This document shows positions 46,263 through 56,180 of a DNA stretch of 64,000 nt, piece after piece. Below the pieces are notes generated by a model that saw only the letters and a list, made by a program, of their open reading frames with translations, had not been told where the DNA came from and made no database searches. The first letter of the stretch is position 1, and the number at the start of each line of letters is the position of its first letter. The translations under genes were made by a program, and so were the position numbers. The stretch lies in NCBI GenBank assembly GCA_913051185.1, contig CAJXBM010000003.1:121-64120 (forward strand), in the 5' to 3' direction. The DNA is from an uncultured Chloroflexota bacterium. GTDB taxonomy: Bacteria; Chloroflexota; Dehalococcoidia; UBA2979.

Positions 46263-47894
46263 TTGAAGCCCAATAATTTGATAAATAGACGTTCTCTTTT
46301 GCGTGGAGCCGGAGTTGGTGCAGCTGGACTTGGTGCAGCCGCGCTAATTGGCTGTTCAGACTCAGAGGAAGAATCATCTTCGGCGAGCAGTGCATCTTCG
46401 TCGAGTAGTGCAGCTACAGCAGCAGCTGCAAGTGGGCCCAAGCAAGGCGGAGTAATGCAGGCTGGTCAGACGGCTGAGATTAACCCTACGACAGGTTATC
46501 CATTCGTGTTTTTGGCTGAAAATCCGTACTTAACTCTTCCAGTAGAACCAGCTATTAAATATCGAGACAACCTAGAACCTGAGATGATCTTGGCTGAGCG
46601 TTACGAGTTCAATAGTGATCTTACCGGGGCTACTATCCAACTTAAGTCAGGACTCGAGTTTCACAACGGTGCTCCAGTAACAGCTAGTGACTATGTCTTC
46701 GGTCTTGAACTTTTGAATGACCCGGAGTCATTTGGAGTTACTGGTTCGTTTCAGTTGAAGAAATTTTCGGATTCGATAACTGATTTTAAGATTGTGGACG
46801 ATCTGACGATTGACTTCACATTTGATAAGCCCCGACCGAATATGACCGACTTCTTTGCGCAACTCATGGTTACACATCGTGATAGCTATTCTGATGTGCT
46901 TGGCGGCAAGGGGATCGTAGGAACAGGTCCATTTACTTGGGGTGAGTATATTCCGGGTGAGAAAGTTACCTTCGAGAAAAACGAAAATTACCATTATTCT
47001 GATGTGCTTGGCGGTCCACATATGGATGGCGTCGAAGTTAAGTTCTTCGCAGATATGGATGCTATGGGACTAGCTTTTGAGGCTGAAGAGCTTGATATGT
47101 TCTATGGCGATCCAAGTGTGGCTGCCCGATTCAGAGATGATGGGTTGACTCGTTTGACTCCCAAACGTGGTGTTGTGTATGTAGGTATGAATGTCACCAG
47201 TGACCAACTTGGAGACCCCCGAGTTCGACGAGCATTATTTTATGCGGTGGATCGTACCAGAGCGGTGACGGAACTTGGTGAAGGTTTTGGAGAAGTAACG
47301 GCCCAGTCTTGGCCCAAGGGCTCGCCTGCTTGGAGAGAAGCACTGGAAGCTCCACTCTATTACCCTGAGGATGCCAAGAAGCTTCTGGCTGAAGCAGGAT
47401 TCAAACAAACACGGCCAATTGTGATTGATCACCGATCAACGCAATCTTATATCGATCATGCAACACTATTGAAAGAGAACTTCGAAGCAATTGGTGTTGA
47501 AGTTGAGTTAAATGCAATGGAACCAACTGCCTTCATTAAGCGACTGAGAGCTCGTGAATTCCCAGATTTGTGGATTACTGCTCATGCGTTTGCTAACCTC
47601 TCGCCAGTCACGAATTTCTTGATGACCTTCCCATTCAGGGAAGGCAACATGAGTTTTTACGAGCCCGAAGAATATATATCGATTATTCGGGCTCTTGAGA
47701 CTGTACAGGGTACGAGCGATGCGGCTCAGGCTCAGTATGATTTGTTTGAGAAGCTATGGATAGAAAACCCATGGCTGATTCCAATGCGACCGACTCAAAG
47801 TATTATCGTTAAATCTAAGAAATTACAGGGATTTGACAAAGTGAGTATTGCTCCACAGGAGCCTCCTTACGCCGAACTTTGGTTGGATTCATAG
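46263..47894 (+). CDS. ABC transporter substrate-binding lipoprotein, family 5 (DppA/OppA-type)
   Basis: 543 aa with a TTG start and AAGGAG 7 nt upstream. Twin-arginine-like signal ending in a lipobox Cys (NRRSLLRGAGVGAAGLGAAALIGC), then a Ser/Ala-rich linker, then a family 5 solute-binding domain. Confidence 0.85.
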   Translation: MKPNNLINRRSLLRGAGVGAAGLGAAALIGCSDSEEESSSASSASSSSSAATAAAASGPKQGGVMQAGQTAEINPTTGYPFVFLAENPYLTLPVEPAIKYRDNLEPEMILAERYEFNSDLTGATIQLKSGLEFHNGAPVTASDYVFGLELLNDPESFGVTGSFQLKKFSDSITDFKIVDDLTIDFTFDKPRPNMTDFFAQLMVTHRDSYSDVLGGKGIVGTGPFTWGEYIPGEKVTFEKNENYHYSDVLGGPHMDGVEVKFFADMDAMGLAFEAEELDMFYGDPSVAARFRDDGLTRLTPKRGVVYVGMNVTSDQLGDPRVRRALFYAVDRTRAVTELGEGFGEVTAQSWPKGSPAWREALEAPLYYPEDAKKLLAEAGFKQTRPIVIDHRSTQSYIDHATLLKENFEAIGVEVELNAMEPTAFIKRLRAREFPDLWITAHAFANLSPVTNFLMTFPFREGNMSFYEPEEYISIIRALETVQGTSDAAQAQYDLFEKLWIENPWLIPMRPTQSIIVKSKKLQGFDKVSIAPQEPPYAELWLDS

Positions 47895-47908
47895 AATTTA
47901 GCTGATTG

Positions 47909-47959
47909 TCTTCGGGTAGGTTTGGATCGGATATATGTCTGTTCAAACCTACTCGAAGA
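47909..47959 (+). terminator. Intercistronic stem-loop (attenuator / mRNA-stabilising hairpin) between the SBP and permease genes
   Basis: 16-bp stem TCTTCGGGTAGGTTTG / CAAACCTACTCGAAGA (15 Watson-Crick pairs plus 1 G-U) with a 19-nt loop. It starts 15 nt after the SBP stop and is followed by the U-rich GATTCTCATTCTTTTTATT. Confidence 0.5.
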
Positions 47960-48017
47960 GATTCTCATTCTTTTTATTAAACTCATGTGAGTATAAAAAT
48001 GATGTGATAGAGGCCCC

Positions 48018-48971
48018 ATGCTAGAGTTTGTCCTGCGTCGACTCATTCAGACAATCCCTGTCCTTTTGATCACGAGTATTGCCGTTTTCCTGGTGGTTCG
48101 GCTTATTCCTGGCGACCCTGCAGATTATTTAACGAGTGAAGATGCACCACCAGGTACATATGAACGAATACAGGCCGAATTAGGTTTAGATCGCCCGTGG
48201 CCTGTGCAATATGTGGAATGGGTGGGCGGCGTGATACGAGGTGATTTTGGTACATCATTTCGAACAAAATTTACGGTCAGTGATCTTCTAAAGAGATCAT
48301 TGCCACCAAGCCTTGAACTCGCTGCCGTATCCTATGTGATAGCGATGGCGTTTGGAATCCCATTGGGAGTGATGGCTGGAGCGAGGCCGAAGTCATACTG
48401 GGACTGGGTGCTTTCAAGTTTCACAATGACGACCATAGGCATCCCCAATTTTTTATTAGGTATTTTGTTGCTTTGGGTGTTTGCTGTCATTTTGGATTGG
48501 TTTCCTGTGGCGGGTCGGGTTAGTCTCTTTGAGAATCCGATTGATGCTCTCTGGCGATTAGTGCTTCCGGCACTCACATTAGGCGCTAGCCAGGCTGCTA
48601 TCTTGGCTCGTTATACGAGAACGTCTGTGCAGGAGTCGATGGGCCGAGACTATATTCGAACTGCCCGATCAAAAGGACTTACTGAGCGGGCAGTCATATT
48701 TCGGCATGGGCTAAGGAATGCATTAATTCCGGTGGTAACGATTGCCGGCTTGCAGGTAGGTACACTTCTATCCGGGGTGGTGATTATAGAGACTGTTTTT
48801 ACTCGACCAGGTCTTGGACGAACAATTATCGAAGCAATCCAGAATCGTGATTATCTTGTAATACAGGGGATGCTTCTTTTTCTGGTGACTTTATATATCC
48901 TCGTTAATCTAGCAGTCGATATTACCTACGGTTTCCTTGATCCTCGATTGAGGAGTGCTAAGAATGGCTAG
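48018..48971 (+). CDS. ABC peptide/nickel-type transporter permease (DppB/OppB-like)
   Basis: 317 aa. The hallmark N-terminus RRLIQTIPVLLITSIAVFLVVRLIPGDPA is followed by six TM segments. Confidence 0.88.
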   Translation: MLEFVLRRLIQTIPVLLITSIAVFLVVRLIPGDPADYLTSEDAPPGTYERIQAELGLDRPWPVQYVEWVGGVIRGDFGTSFRTKFTVSDLLKRSLPPSLELAAVSYVIAMAFGIPLGVMAGARPKSYWDWVLSSFTMTTIGIPNFLLGILLLWVFAVILDWFPVAGRVSLFENPIDALWRLVLPALTLGASQAAILARYTRTSVQESMGRDYIRTARSKGLTERAVIFRHGLRNALIPVVTIAGLQVGTLLSGVVIIETVFTRPGLGRTIIEAIQNRDYLVIQGMLLFLVTLYILVNLAVDITYGFLDPRLRSAKNG

Positions 48972-49860
48972 TTCTAATGAGTTACTCGGTTCCGTCACTT
49001 TTTATCAGCGCTTCAGAATTGGAGAATCTCAGTGGAAGTTGATTCTCTATAGATTTTTTTCGAACCCTCAGGGTATCGCAGCGGCATTTGGAATTGGGCT
49101 TCTAGCATTCTGCGCAATTTTTGCCGCCGTGATTGCACCAGATCCAAATGCTCAGGACGCGACTGCACGATTCCTTCCGCCTTCATGGGATCATTTTTTT
49201 GGCGTAGATCAGATGCGCCGAGATATGTTCGCTCGTACAGTTTATGGTCTCCGAATATCGTTACTTATCTCATTTACGTCGGTAGCAATTGGATCGACCC
49301 TGGGAATTATAGTCGGCTTGGTAACCAGTTATATTGGTGGTTGGGTTGAATCTGTGGCGATGCGTTTTGTGGATGCTCTTTTAGCATTTCCTGGTTTACT
49401 CGCGGCTTTAGCTATTATCACGATTCTCGGTCCTGGGATCAGAAACGTGGGTATTGCGATAGCGTTCTTTAGTATTCCCTCATTTACACGATTAGCAAGA
49501 GGGCAAATGCTCTCTGAGAAAAGAAACGAGTACGTTGTCGCTGCTCAGACTATCGGTGCAGGCCCGACACGAGTGATATTCAAGCACATCGCTGTCAATG
49601 CGATTCCTCCTCTACTCACACAAGTGGCGTTATTTATGTCGACAGCTGTGCTTCTTGAGGCATCATTAAGCTTCTTGGGGCTAGGCCAGCAACCTCCTGA
49701 TCCATCACTAGGCGGACTGATTAGCGCATCAAAGACTTTTTTGCGTCAGGCGTGGTGGTATCCTTTATTTCCAGGCGCAACACTGGCACTCTTATTGGTG
49801 TCTCTCAATCTTTTTGCGGATGCAGCGAATGAGGCAACAAGTCCATGGGCTCGTCGCTAA
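48964..49860 (+). CDS. ABC peptide/nickel-type transporter permease (DppC/OppC-like)
   Basis: I place the start at ATG 48964 (MASSNELLG...), which has AGGAG 8 nt upstream and overlaps the upstream stop. The profile is multi-TM and typical of DppC. Confidence 0.85.
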   Translation: MASSNELLGSVTFYQRFRIGESQWKLILYRFFSNPQGIAAAFGIGLLAFCAIFAAVIAPDPNAQDATARFLPPSWDHFFGVDQMRRDMFARTVYGLRISLLISFTSVAIGSTLGIIVGLVTSYIGGWVESVAMRFVDALLAFPGLLAALAIITILGPGIRNVGIAIAFFSIPSFTRLARGQMLSEKRNEYVVAAQTIGAGPTRVIFKHIAVNAIPPLLTQVALFMSTAVLLEASLSFLGLGQQPPDPSLGGLISASKTFLRQAWWYPLFPGATLALLLVSLNLFADAANEATSPWARR

Positions 49861-49914
49861 CCCATTACTGACTTCGCGACGGGATATGAATTATTGTAGT
49901 TTTTGTTTTGCAAG

Positions 49915-50601
49915 CTAGCTCAGAAATTTTTTTATCTTCTCAATATTTTCCTGTGGGGTAGAGTCATGATTGAAGACAGCTGATCCTGCTACCAGTATAT
50001 TCGCACCAGCATCGATACATAATTTAGCGTTATCCGGCTTTACTCCGCCATCTACCTCTATATTCAAAGATAAGTTCAACTTAGTGCTAAGTTCTCGCAA
50101 CACTGTAACTTTATCCAGTAATGCTGGGTTCATCTGCTGCCCCCCCCAGCCTGGCCGTATCAGCATCACAGTTACCTGCTGGATTTCAGGAAGAAGTTCT
50201 TCAATCTCGGTGACGCTAGTACCTGGACTTATAGCGATGCCTACCTCACTTCCTGTTTCTCTTGCTCGAAGCACAGTCTCACCAAGACCAGGCCCTCCAA
50301 GATTTGGAGCCTCCATAGCGGCTTCATAGTGGAATATTAGCCGCGACGCTCCTGCCTTCACGAAGTCGTCAAAATGTTCTGTAGGATGGGCGACCATGGC
50401 ATGCACTTCGACCACGTTATCTGTCATTTCTGATACTGCCTTGATGATTTCAGTTCCGAACGAAAGCGGAGGCACAAAATGTCCATCCATTACATCAAGG
50501 TGCCAGATCAGTGGCCCCGATTCGTCAGCCGCCTCTATCTGATCTGCTAATCGTCCAAAGTCAGCCGTAAGGATTGAGGGTGCGATCAGACAGTTATTCA
50601 T
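49915..50601 (-). CDS. rpe: Ribulose-phosphate 3-epimerase
   Basis: 228 aa. Motifs IAPSILTADFGRL, HLDVMDGHFVP and VDGGV. Confidence 0.92.
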   Translation of the reverse strand: MNNCLIAPSILTADFGRLADQIEAADESGPLIWHLDVMDGHFVPPLSFGTEIIKAVSEMTDNVVEVHAMVAHPTEHFDDFVKAGASRLIFHYEAAMEAPNLGGPGLGETVLRARETGSEVGIAISPGTSVTEIEELLPEIQQVTVMLIRPGWGGQQMNPALLDKVTVLRELSTKLNLSLNIEVDGGVKPDNAKLCIDAGANILVAGSAVFNHDSTPQENIEKIKKFLS

Positions 50602-52001
50602 TCTTGTGTAGCTTCTTCACTCAGCCTTATTTGAGCTGATTTTCTAGCAGCTTGGACGGTTCCCGGTGCTGTTCCCCCAGTTGCCGATCTGGCATTAAGT
50701 GAATATTCGATCGTGATTTCAAGAGCGCCTTCGTCAAATTCAGGATGTATATCCCTTAGCTCTTTAAGCGTGAGCTCTGCGAGAGATTTGTTCTGCCGTT
50801 CACAAAACGAAACCATATTACCGACCGCACTATGGGCTTCACGAAATGGGACGTTTTTTTTAGTTAAATAATCAGCATAATCCGTTGCAAGAGCAAAGTT
50901 CGCTTGTGCGGCAGTTCTCATATGCTCTCTATTGAACGAGCAAGTGGGCAACATTGCGACCAATATATTCATGGTGTCGAGAACTGTGTCGACTGAGTCG
51001 AATAATGATTCCTTGTCTTCTTGCATATCTTTGTTATATGCGAGTGGCTGACCCTTCAAGAGAGTCATTATTTGAACCATATTACCTATAGATCGAGCGC
51101 TTTTTCCACGCGCTAGCTCCGCTAGGTCTGGATTTTTCTTTTGTGGCATGATGCTTGAGCCCGTTGAGAATCTATCGTCTAGGTTCAGAAATCTAAATTC
51201 AGCGCTCGCCCAAAGGATAAGTTCTTCAGCGAGGCGTGAGATATGAATCATAGACAACGCGGACGCAGAATGGAAATCAAACACAAAATCTCGGTCCGAC
51301 ACTGCGTCGATCGAATTCTCAATAACTCCATCAAATCCAAGTAGATCCGCCGATGCAGCTCTATCAATCTCATATGAAACTCCGGCGAGTGCGCCCGCTC
51401 CAAGTGGTGATTGATTTGTACGCGATCGCGTTTGTATAAACCTTTCGGTATCTCTCGTGAACATCGCTTCGTACGCCTGTAGATGATGACTCAAAAGTAT
51501 TGGTTGGGCCCGCTGCAGGTGCGTGTATCCTGGCATTACTGTTTCGGCTTCTTTTTCGGCCAACTCAAGTAATACAGATCGCAAGGCACGCAGTGACGTA
51601 ATAGCTGAATCACACGCTTGTCTAACAAATAATCTAATGTCAGTAGCTACCTGATCATTTCTTGACCTAGCAGTATGGAGGCGGCTACCCGCGTCACCAA
51701 TTTTTTCAGTTAGGGCAGCCTCAATATTCATGTGAATATCCTCACGTTCGAGGCTAAAGACAAACGTGCCTTCAGTGATTTCCTGTTCGATTTCTATCAG
51801 TCCATTTATTATTTGATCCCTATCTTCATGGTTAATAATATTTTGGGCGGCAAGCATTTTGGCATGGGCTATCGAGCCAGCTATATCCTCTCGATAAAGT
51901 CTCTTATCAAAAGAGATTGAGGCATTGTACTGGTCGGTGAGTGCATCAGTGTCAAGTTCGAAACGTCCGCCCCATAACTTGTCAGATTTGTTTTCAGTCA
52001 C
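50598..52001 (-). CDS. argH: Argininosuccinate lyase
   Basis: 467 aa. Motifs LWGGRF and the fumarate-lyase signature GSSIMPQKKNPD. The 3' end overlaps the rpe start by 4 nt. Confidence 0.95.
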   Translation of the reverse strand: MTENKSDKLWGGRFELDTDALTDQYNASISFDKRLYREDIAGSIAHAKMLAAQNIINHEDRDQIINGLIEIEQEITEGTFVFSLEREDIHMNIEAALTEKIGDAGSRLHTARSRNDQVATDIRLFVRQACDSAITSLRALRSVLLELAEKEAETVMPGYTHLQRAQPILLSHHLQAYEAMFTRDTERFIQTRSRTNQSPLGAGALAGVSYEIDRAASADLLGFDGVIENSIDAVSDRDFVFDFHSASALSMIHISRLAEELILWASAEFRFLNLDDRFSTGSSIMPQKKNPDLAELARGKSARSIGNMVQIMTLLKGQPLAYNKDMQEDKESLFDSVDTVLDTMNILVAMLPTCSFNREHMRTAAQANFALATDYADYLTKKNVPFREAHSAVGNMVSFCERQNKSLAELTLKELRDIHPEFDEGALEITIEYSLNARSATGGTAPGTVQAARKSAQIRLSEEATQE

Positions 52002-52005
52002 AGTT

Positions 52006-53259
52006 CTACTCGTTTTCTGGTGCGGCTAAGCGCAACAGATCGCCATCACTTCCGGTAAGCGATTGTCTTTGTGCTTGGACTTGCGCCGGTAACCCATGCA
52101 GGCGAATAAATCCCCCGGCTTGACTTTGGTCGAAGAGGTCGCCCTCTTTGTTGTAGGTTGCCAGTTCAGGAGAATATAAAGATCTATCAGCTCGTCGTCC
52201 TGTAACTGTAACCGAACCATGCCAAAGCCGGACTTTTACGTCGCCTGTCACGTGCCGTTGTGTTGATACCACGTATGCCGCTAGGTCACGGTGATGAGCA
52301 CTAAACCAGAGTCCGTTGTACACGAGATCGGCATATTCCTGCGACGCCGTATTTTTGAACCGTGATTGAGCTTTAGTAAGGGTTAAATCTTCTAGTGCTC
52401 GATGGGCTTCTAACAGTATTAGAGCCGCCGGCGCCTCATAAATCTCTCTGGATTTAATACCTACGAGTCTGTTTTCTACCATGTCAATGCGTCCGATTCC
52501 ATGTTGGCCACCCTGATCAGATAGTTGTTGGACTATTTCTGTGGGAGAGAATTCTTCACCGTCTAGTGCAATGGGGACACCTTTTTCAAATCGTATGTTG
52601 ATTTCTTTTGCTGCCGAAGGCGTTTCACTCAGAGGCTTTGTCCACTCGAATACGTCCTCAGGAGGTTCCAACCACGGATCCTCAAGTACTCCAGCCTCAA
52701 CCGATCTGCCCCAGAGATTTTCGTCAGTTGAATATGGGGAGGCTGTTGTTTGCCGAACGGTGATGCCGTATTTTGCTGCATAAGTTAAGGCCTCGTCACG
52801 AGAGACAGAGTGCTCTCGGGTGGTTCCTACTATATTCAGGTCAGGTGCAAGAGTTTGTACACCGACATCAAGCCTGACTTGATCATTTCCTTTTCCAGTA
52901 CAGCCATGTGCAACGGCAGTTGCTCCAATTTCTCTAGCTTTATCAACAAGCATTTTTGCAATTAATGGACGGCCTAATGCGGTTGCGAGTGGGTATCGGC
53001 CTTCATAGACTACGCCAGCTTGTAGTGCAGGCCAGATAAAGTACCGGATAAACGTATCTTTTGCGTCGATTATTTCTACTGAGGCAGCTCCTGCCTCTTC
53101 ACCTCGAGATCTAATTCCGTCGAGGTCTCCTAAGTTACCAAGGTCGATGGTCAGACAGTGGACTTCATATCCACGTTGGTCTCGTAGCCAATGCGCAGCC
53201 ACGGATGTGTCTAACCCTCCCGAAAATGCCAGTACGATTTTTTCTTTTTCCTGATTCAT
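52006..53259 (-). CDS. argG: Argininosuccinate synthase
   Basis: 417 aa. Carries the ATP-binding motif AFSGGLDTS and GCTGKGNDQVR. Confidence 0.95.
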   Translation of the reverse strand: MNQEKEKIVLAFSGGLDTSVAAHWLRDQRGYEVHCLTIDLGNLGDLDGIRSRGEEAGAASVEIIDAKDTFIRYFIWPALQAGVVYEGRYPLATALGRPLIAKMLVDKAREIGATAVAHGCTGKGNDQVRLDVGVQTLAPDLNIVGTTREHSVSRDEALTYAAKYGITVRQTTASPYSTDENLWGRSVEAGVLEDPWLEPPEDVFEWTKPLSETPSAAKEINIRFEKGVPIALDGEEFSPTEIVQQLSDQGGQHGIGRIDMVENRLVGIKSREIYEAPAALILLEAHRALEDLTLTKAQSRFKNTASQEYADLVYNGLWFSAHHRDLAAYVVSTQRHVTGDVKVRLWHGSVTVTGRRADRSLYSPELATYNKEGDLFDQSQAGGFIRLHGLPAQVQAQRQSLTGSDGDLLRLAAPENE

Positions 53260-53294
53260 AGGCTTAGTCTACATGCACTGCACCTAAAAGAAAA

Positions 53295-53330
53295 AGTTCT
53301 AGAACTAAGCATATCTAGGAACAAGAGTTC
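53295..53330. promoter_or_regulatory. Pair of GAAC/GTTC-based palindromes upstream of argG
   Basis: AGTTCTAGAACT (53295-53306, perfect 12-bp palindrome) and GAACAAGAGTTC (53319-53330, GAAC-N4-GTTC) lie 36-71 nt upstream of the argG start. The second overlaps the argS stop codon. Confidence 0.2.
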
Positions 53331-54993
53331 ACATAGATTTTGGTGCACTGATTCCCATTAGATCTAAAATTCTCGCGAGCACGTTCCTTGTGGCTTCCAA
53401 CAATAGGAGACGCGATGAGCTGAGTTCAGGATTTTCAATCTGAACTACTCGACATTGTCCATAAAAATTATGAAAAGCAGCAGCCAGCTCACGAGCATAG
53501 TGGGGCAGGTGGTGTGGTGCAAGATCAGACAAGACACGTTCCACTATTTCTGGGAAAAGTAACAGCGACACGATAAGTTTTATCTCGGCTGGGTCAGTGA
53601 GTAATTCAGTACTTGCATTCGTGGCATCGAGTTTTTGTTGGGCGGCGAGGTCGAGGATTGAAGAAATTCGCGCGTGTGCGTACTGAATGTAGTAAACAGG
53701 ATTTTCATCAGATTGCTTTACCGCAAGCTCGAGATCGAACTCCATTGGCTGATTGGCGCCGGTCGCTAAAAAGAAATAGCGCGCGGCATCTTCACCGACC
53801 TCGGCAACAACATTTGCTAATGTCACTATCTCACCAGCCCGCTTGGAGAGAGGGACTATCTCATCACCGCGACGTAGAGTGACCAACTGATAAAGCAAGA
53901 CGTCAAGCGCCTCTGATTCACCTCCCACAGAATCTATCGCGGCTTTTAAACGAGAAACGTGCCCCTGATGATCTGCTCCCCAGATGTCAATTACGCGGTC
54001 AAATCCTCGTTCGATAAATTTTTCATAGTGGTAGGCAATGTCGGTAGCATAATATGTAGGTGTGCCGTCCGATCGGACTAATACATTATCTTTTGATTCA
54101 CCTAATTCGGACGACGCAAACCAGACTGCACCGTCGCGCTCGGTAATCTGTTTTTTCTCAGTGAGAATGGACATGATATGGTCGTACTGACTATTTTCTT
54201 TCATCAGACTCTTTTCAGAGAACCAAGAGTCAAATTCCACTCCGATTTGGTCCAAATCTTTTTTGATTTGCTCGATCATAATATCTATTCCGAGAGCGCC
54301 CATTTTTTCAATAACGGACTCTTTGTCTTGCTCCAAGAACTCTTCTCCATGACGGTTCTTCACCTCCTGAGCTAAATCGATCATGTAACTGCCTGGATAT
54401 CCGTTATCAGGGAGATCTGCCTGATTTCCATGGAGTTGCAGATACCGCGCGTAGAGCGTTTGCCCAAATATTAGAACCTGATTGCCTGCATCGTTGATAT
54501 AGTACTCTTGCTGCACCTGATACCCAGTAAACTTAAACGTGTTAGCTAAGCTTGAGCCGATTGCTGCACCCCGGCCATTACCCACATGGATTGGTCCGGT
54601 AGGGTTGGCTGACACATACTCAATTTGAACGGACTTCCCTCCTTCAATTGGAATTTGTCCGAACGACCGATCATTTGCTATCACGGCGGCTTGTTGCGCT
54701 AACCATTTGTGGTCAAGAAAGAAATTAATGAATCCCGGTGGCGCTATCTCAACTCGTTCGACCGCTTCGTGCGATGGAATATGCTCGATGATAATTTCAG
54801 CAAGATCGAGAGCTTTTATTTTCACCAATCCTTGAATTTTAAGGGGTAGATTAGAGGAAAAATTACCGTGTTCGTGGCGATTTGGATGTTCAACCGTGAT
54901 ATTGTGATTTGGAACAGACGAGATGGCATCCGCATGCTTCGCCGATTCAAGAGCCTGCTCAAGCAGTGAAATGATTTCGTCTCTGATTAGCAT
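53329..54993 (-). CDS. argS: Arginine--tRNA ligase
   Basis: 554 aa. Class I aaRS with SANPTGPIHVGNGRGA (HIGH region) and a C-terminal DALR-type anticodon-binding domain. Confidence 0.93.
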   Translation of the reverse strand: MLIRDEIISLLEQALESAKHADAISSVPNHNITVEHPNRHEHGNFSSNLPLKIQGLVKIKALDLAEIIIEHIPSHEAVERVEIAPPGFINFFLDHKWLAQQAAVIANDRSFGQIPIEGGKSVQIEYVSANPTGPIHVGNGRGAAIGSSLANTFKFTGYQVQQEYYINDAGNQVLIFGQTLYARYLQLHGNQADLPDNGYPGSYMIDLAQEVKNRHGEEFLEQDKESVIEKMGALGIDIMIEQIKKDLDQIGVEFDSWFSEKSLMKENSQYDHIMSILTEKKQITERDGAVWFASSELGESKDNVLVRSDGTPTYYATDIAYHYEKFIERGFDRVIDIWGADHQGHVSRLKAAIDSVGGESEALDVLLYQLVTLRRGDEIVPLSKRAGEIVTLANVVAEVGEDAARYFFLATGANQPMEFDLELAVKQSDENPVYYIQYAHARISSILDLAAQQKLDATNASTELLTDPAEIKLIVSLLLFPEIVERVLSDLAPHHLPHYARELAAAFHNFYGQCRVVQIENPELSSSRLLLLEATRNVLARILDLMGISAPKSM

Positions 54994-55018
54994 ATTCTAG
55001 GTACCTTGCTATCCATGG

Positions 55019-56053
55019 TTAGTCTTTAAAATAATTGATTTCCAGTGCATCTCGCACATCTTCCATTGTCTCTTGAGCAATTCTCCGCGCGTGATTAGAT
55101 CCTGATTCCAAAGCCTCTCTTACCAAATTCGGCTTACTTTCATATTCCTGACGTCTTTCGCGCGAGGGCTCTAAGAAACGGTTAATTGCGTCCGCAAGAA
55201 GCATCTTTACCTCCACATCCCCGACAGTACCCGCGCGGTATCGTGCTTTTAAATCATCTACTTCGTCAGTATTCGGGTTGAAGGCGTCATGATAGATGAA
55301 GACTGGATTCCCCTCGACACGGCCTGGGTCCGTGGCATGAATCCGATTTGGATCAGTGTACATTTTCCGAACCTTTTTTAGTACATCTTCCTGAGAATCT
55401 CCCAGAAATATTGCATTATTAAGACTTTTACTCATCTTTGCTTGTCCGTCGATACCAACCAACCGTCCCACTCGACCTATCAGACCTTGAGGTTCGGGAA
55501 ATAGTTCTCGCCCGCTAACATTATTAAACTTCCTTGCAATTTCGCGACTCATTTCGATATGTGGTTGCTGGTCCTCTCCTGTTGGGACAAGATTTGCTTT
55601 AGGCATCAGAATATTCGCAACCTGCATCATTGGGTAATTGAAAAAAGCCAGAGGTGCCGATCGTTTAGTCGACTGATTCTCGATCTCTGTCAGTTCAGCT
55701 TTCAGAGTGGGGTTGCGCTGTAACATGCCCAGCGGTGTCCACCATGACAGCCATGTGGTGAGTTCTGCGTGCTCAGGCACGGCGCTTTCTATTACAAAAT
55801 GACTCTGTTCTGGATCAAGTCCAATTGATAACCAGTCAAGCGCAACCTCGAAAACACTTTTACGAACTCTATCAAAATCATCAGCATGGTCGGACACTTG
55901 ATAGTCAGCTATCAAGAAGAAACAATCATATTTAGGCTGCAGATCGAGCCAGTTTTCCAATGCACCGACGTAATGACCGAGATGTAGCGGTCCGGTAGGT
56001 CTGACTCCTGTCAAAATGCGTTCATTATCAGAGTGCTGTGAGTCTTTTGTCAT
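55019..56053 (-). CDS. trpS: Tryptophan--tRNA ligase
   Basis: 344 aa. Motifs [18 protein letters not shown] (HIGH) and KMSKS, with TrpRS-like size. Confidence 0.9.
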   Translation of the reverse strand: MTKDSQHSDNERILTGVRPTGPLHLGHYVGALENWLDLQPKYDCFFLIADYQVSDHADDFDRVRKSVFEVALDWLSIGLDPEQSHFVIESAVPEHAELTTWLSWWTPLGMLQRNPTLKAELTEIENQSTKRSAPLAFFNYPMMQVANILMPKANLVPTGEDQQPHIEMSREIARKFNNVSGRELFPEPQGLIGRVGRLVGIDGQAKMSKSLNNAIFLGDSQEDVLKKVRKMYTDPNRIHATDPGRVEGNPVFIYHDAFNPNTDEVDDLKARYRAGTVGDVEVKMLLADAINRFLEPSRERRQEYESKPNLVREALESGSNHARRIAQETMEDVRDALEINYFKD

Positions 56054-56180
56054 CTATCGACTTTCTAACAAATGAAGTTACTGAACTATCTTAATCCTGG
56101 ATAAGGCTATATGTGCACACCTTTTGATTCAGTTAGAGCATATTGCCTAGGGTATTATAAGATTTTTAGAACTATGTAAG

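Noticed and set aside
56054-56180. T-box riboswitch leader upstream of trpS. A perfect TATAAT (minus strand, 56154-56159) lies about 100 nt upstream of the start.
   Set aside because: The leader is only about 127 nt. I could not find the conserved T-box sequence (GGGTGGTACCGCG-like) or a terminator/antiterminator pair. The -35-like TTACAT lies only 14 nt from the -10, so even the promoter call is weak.
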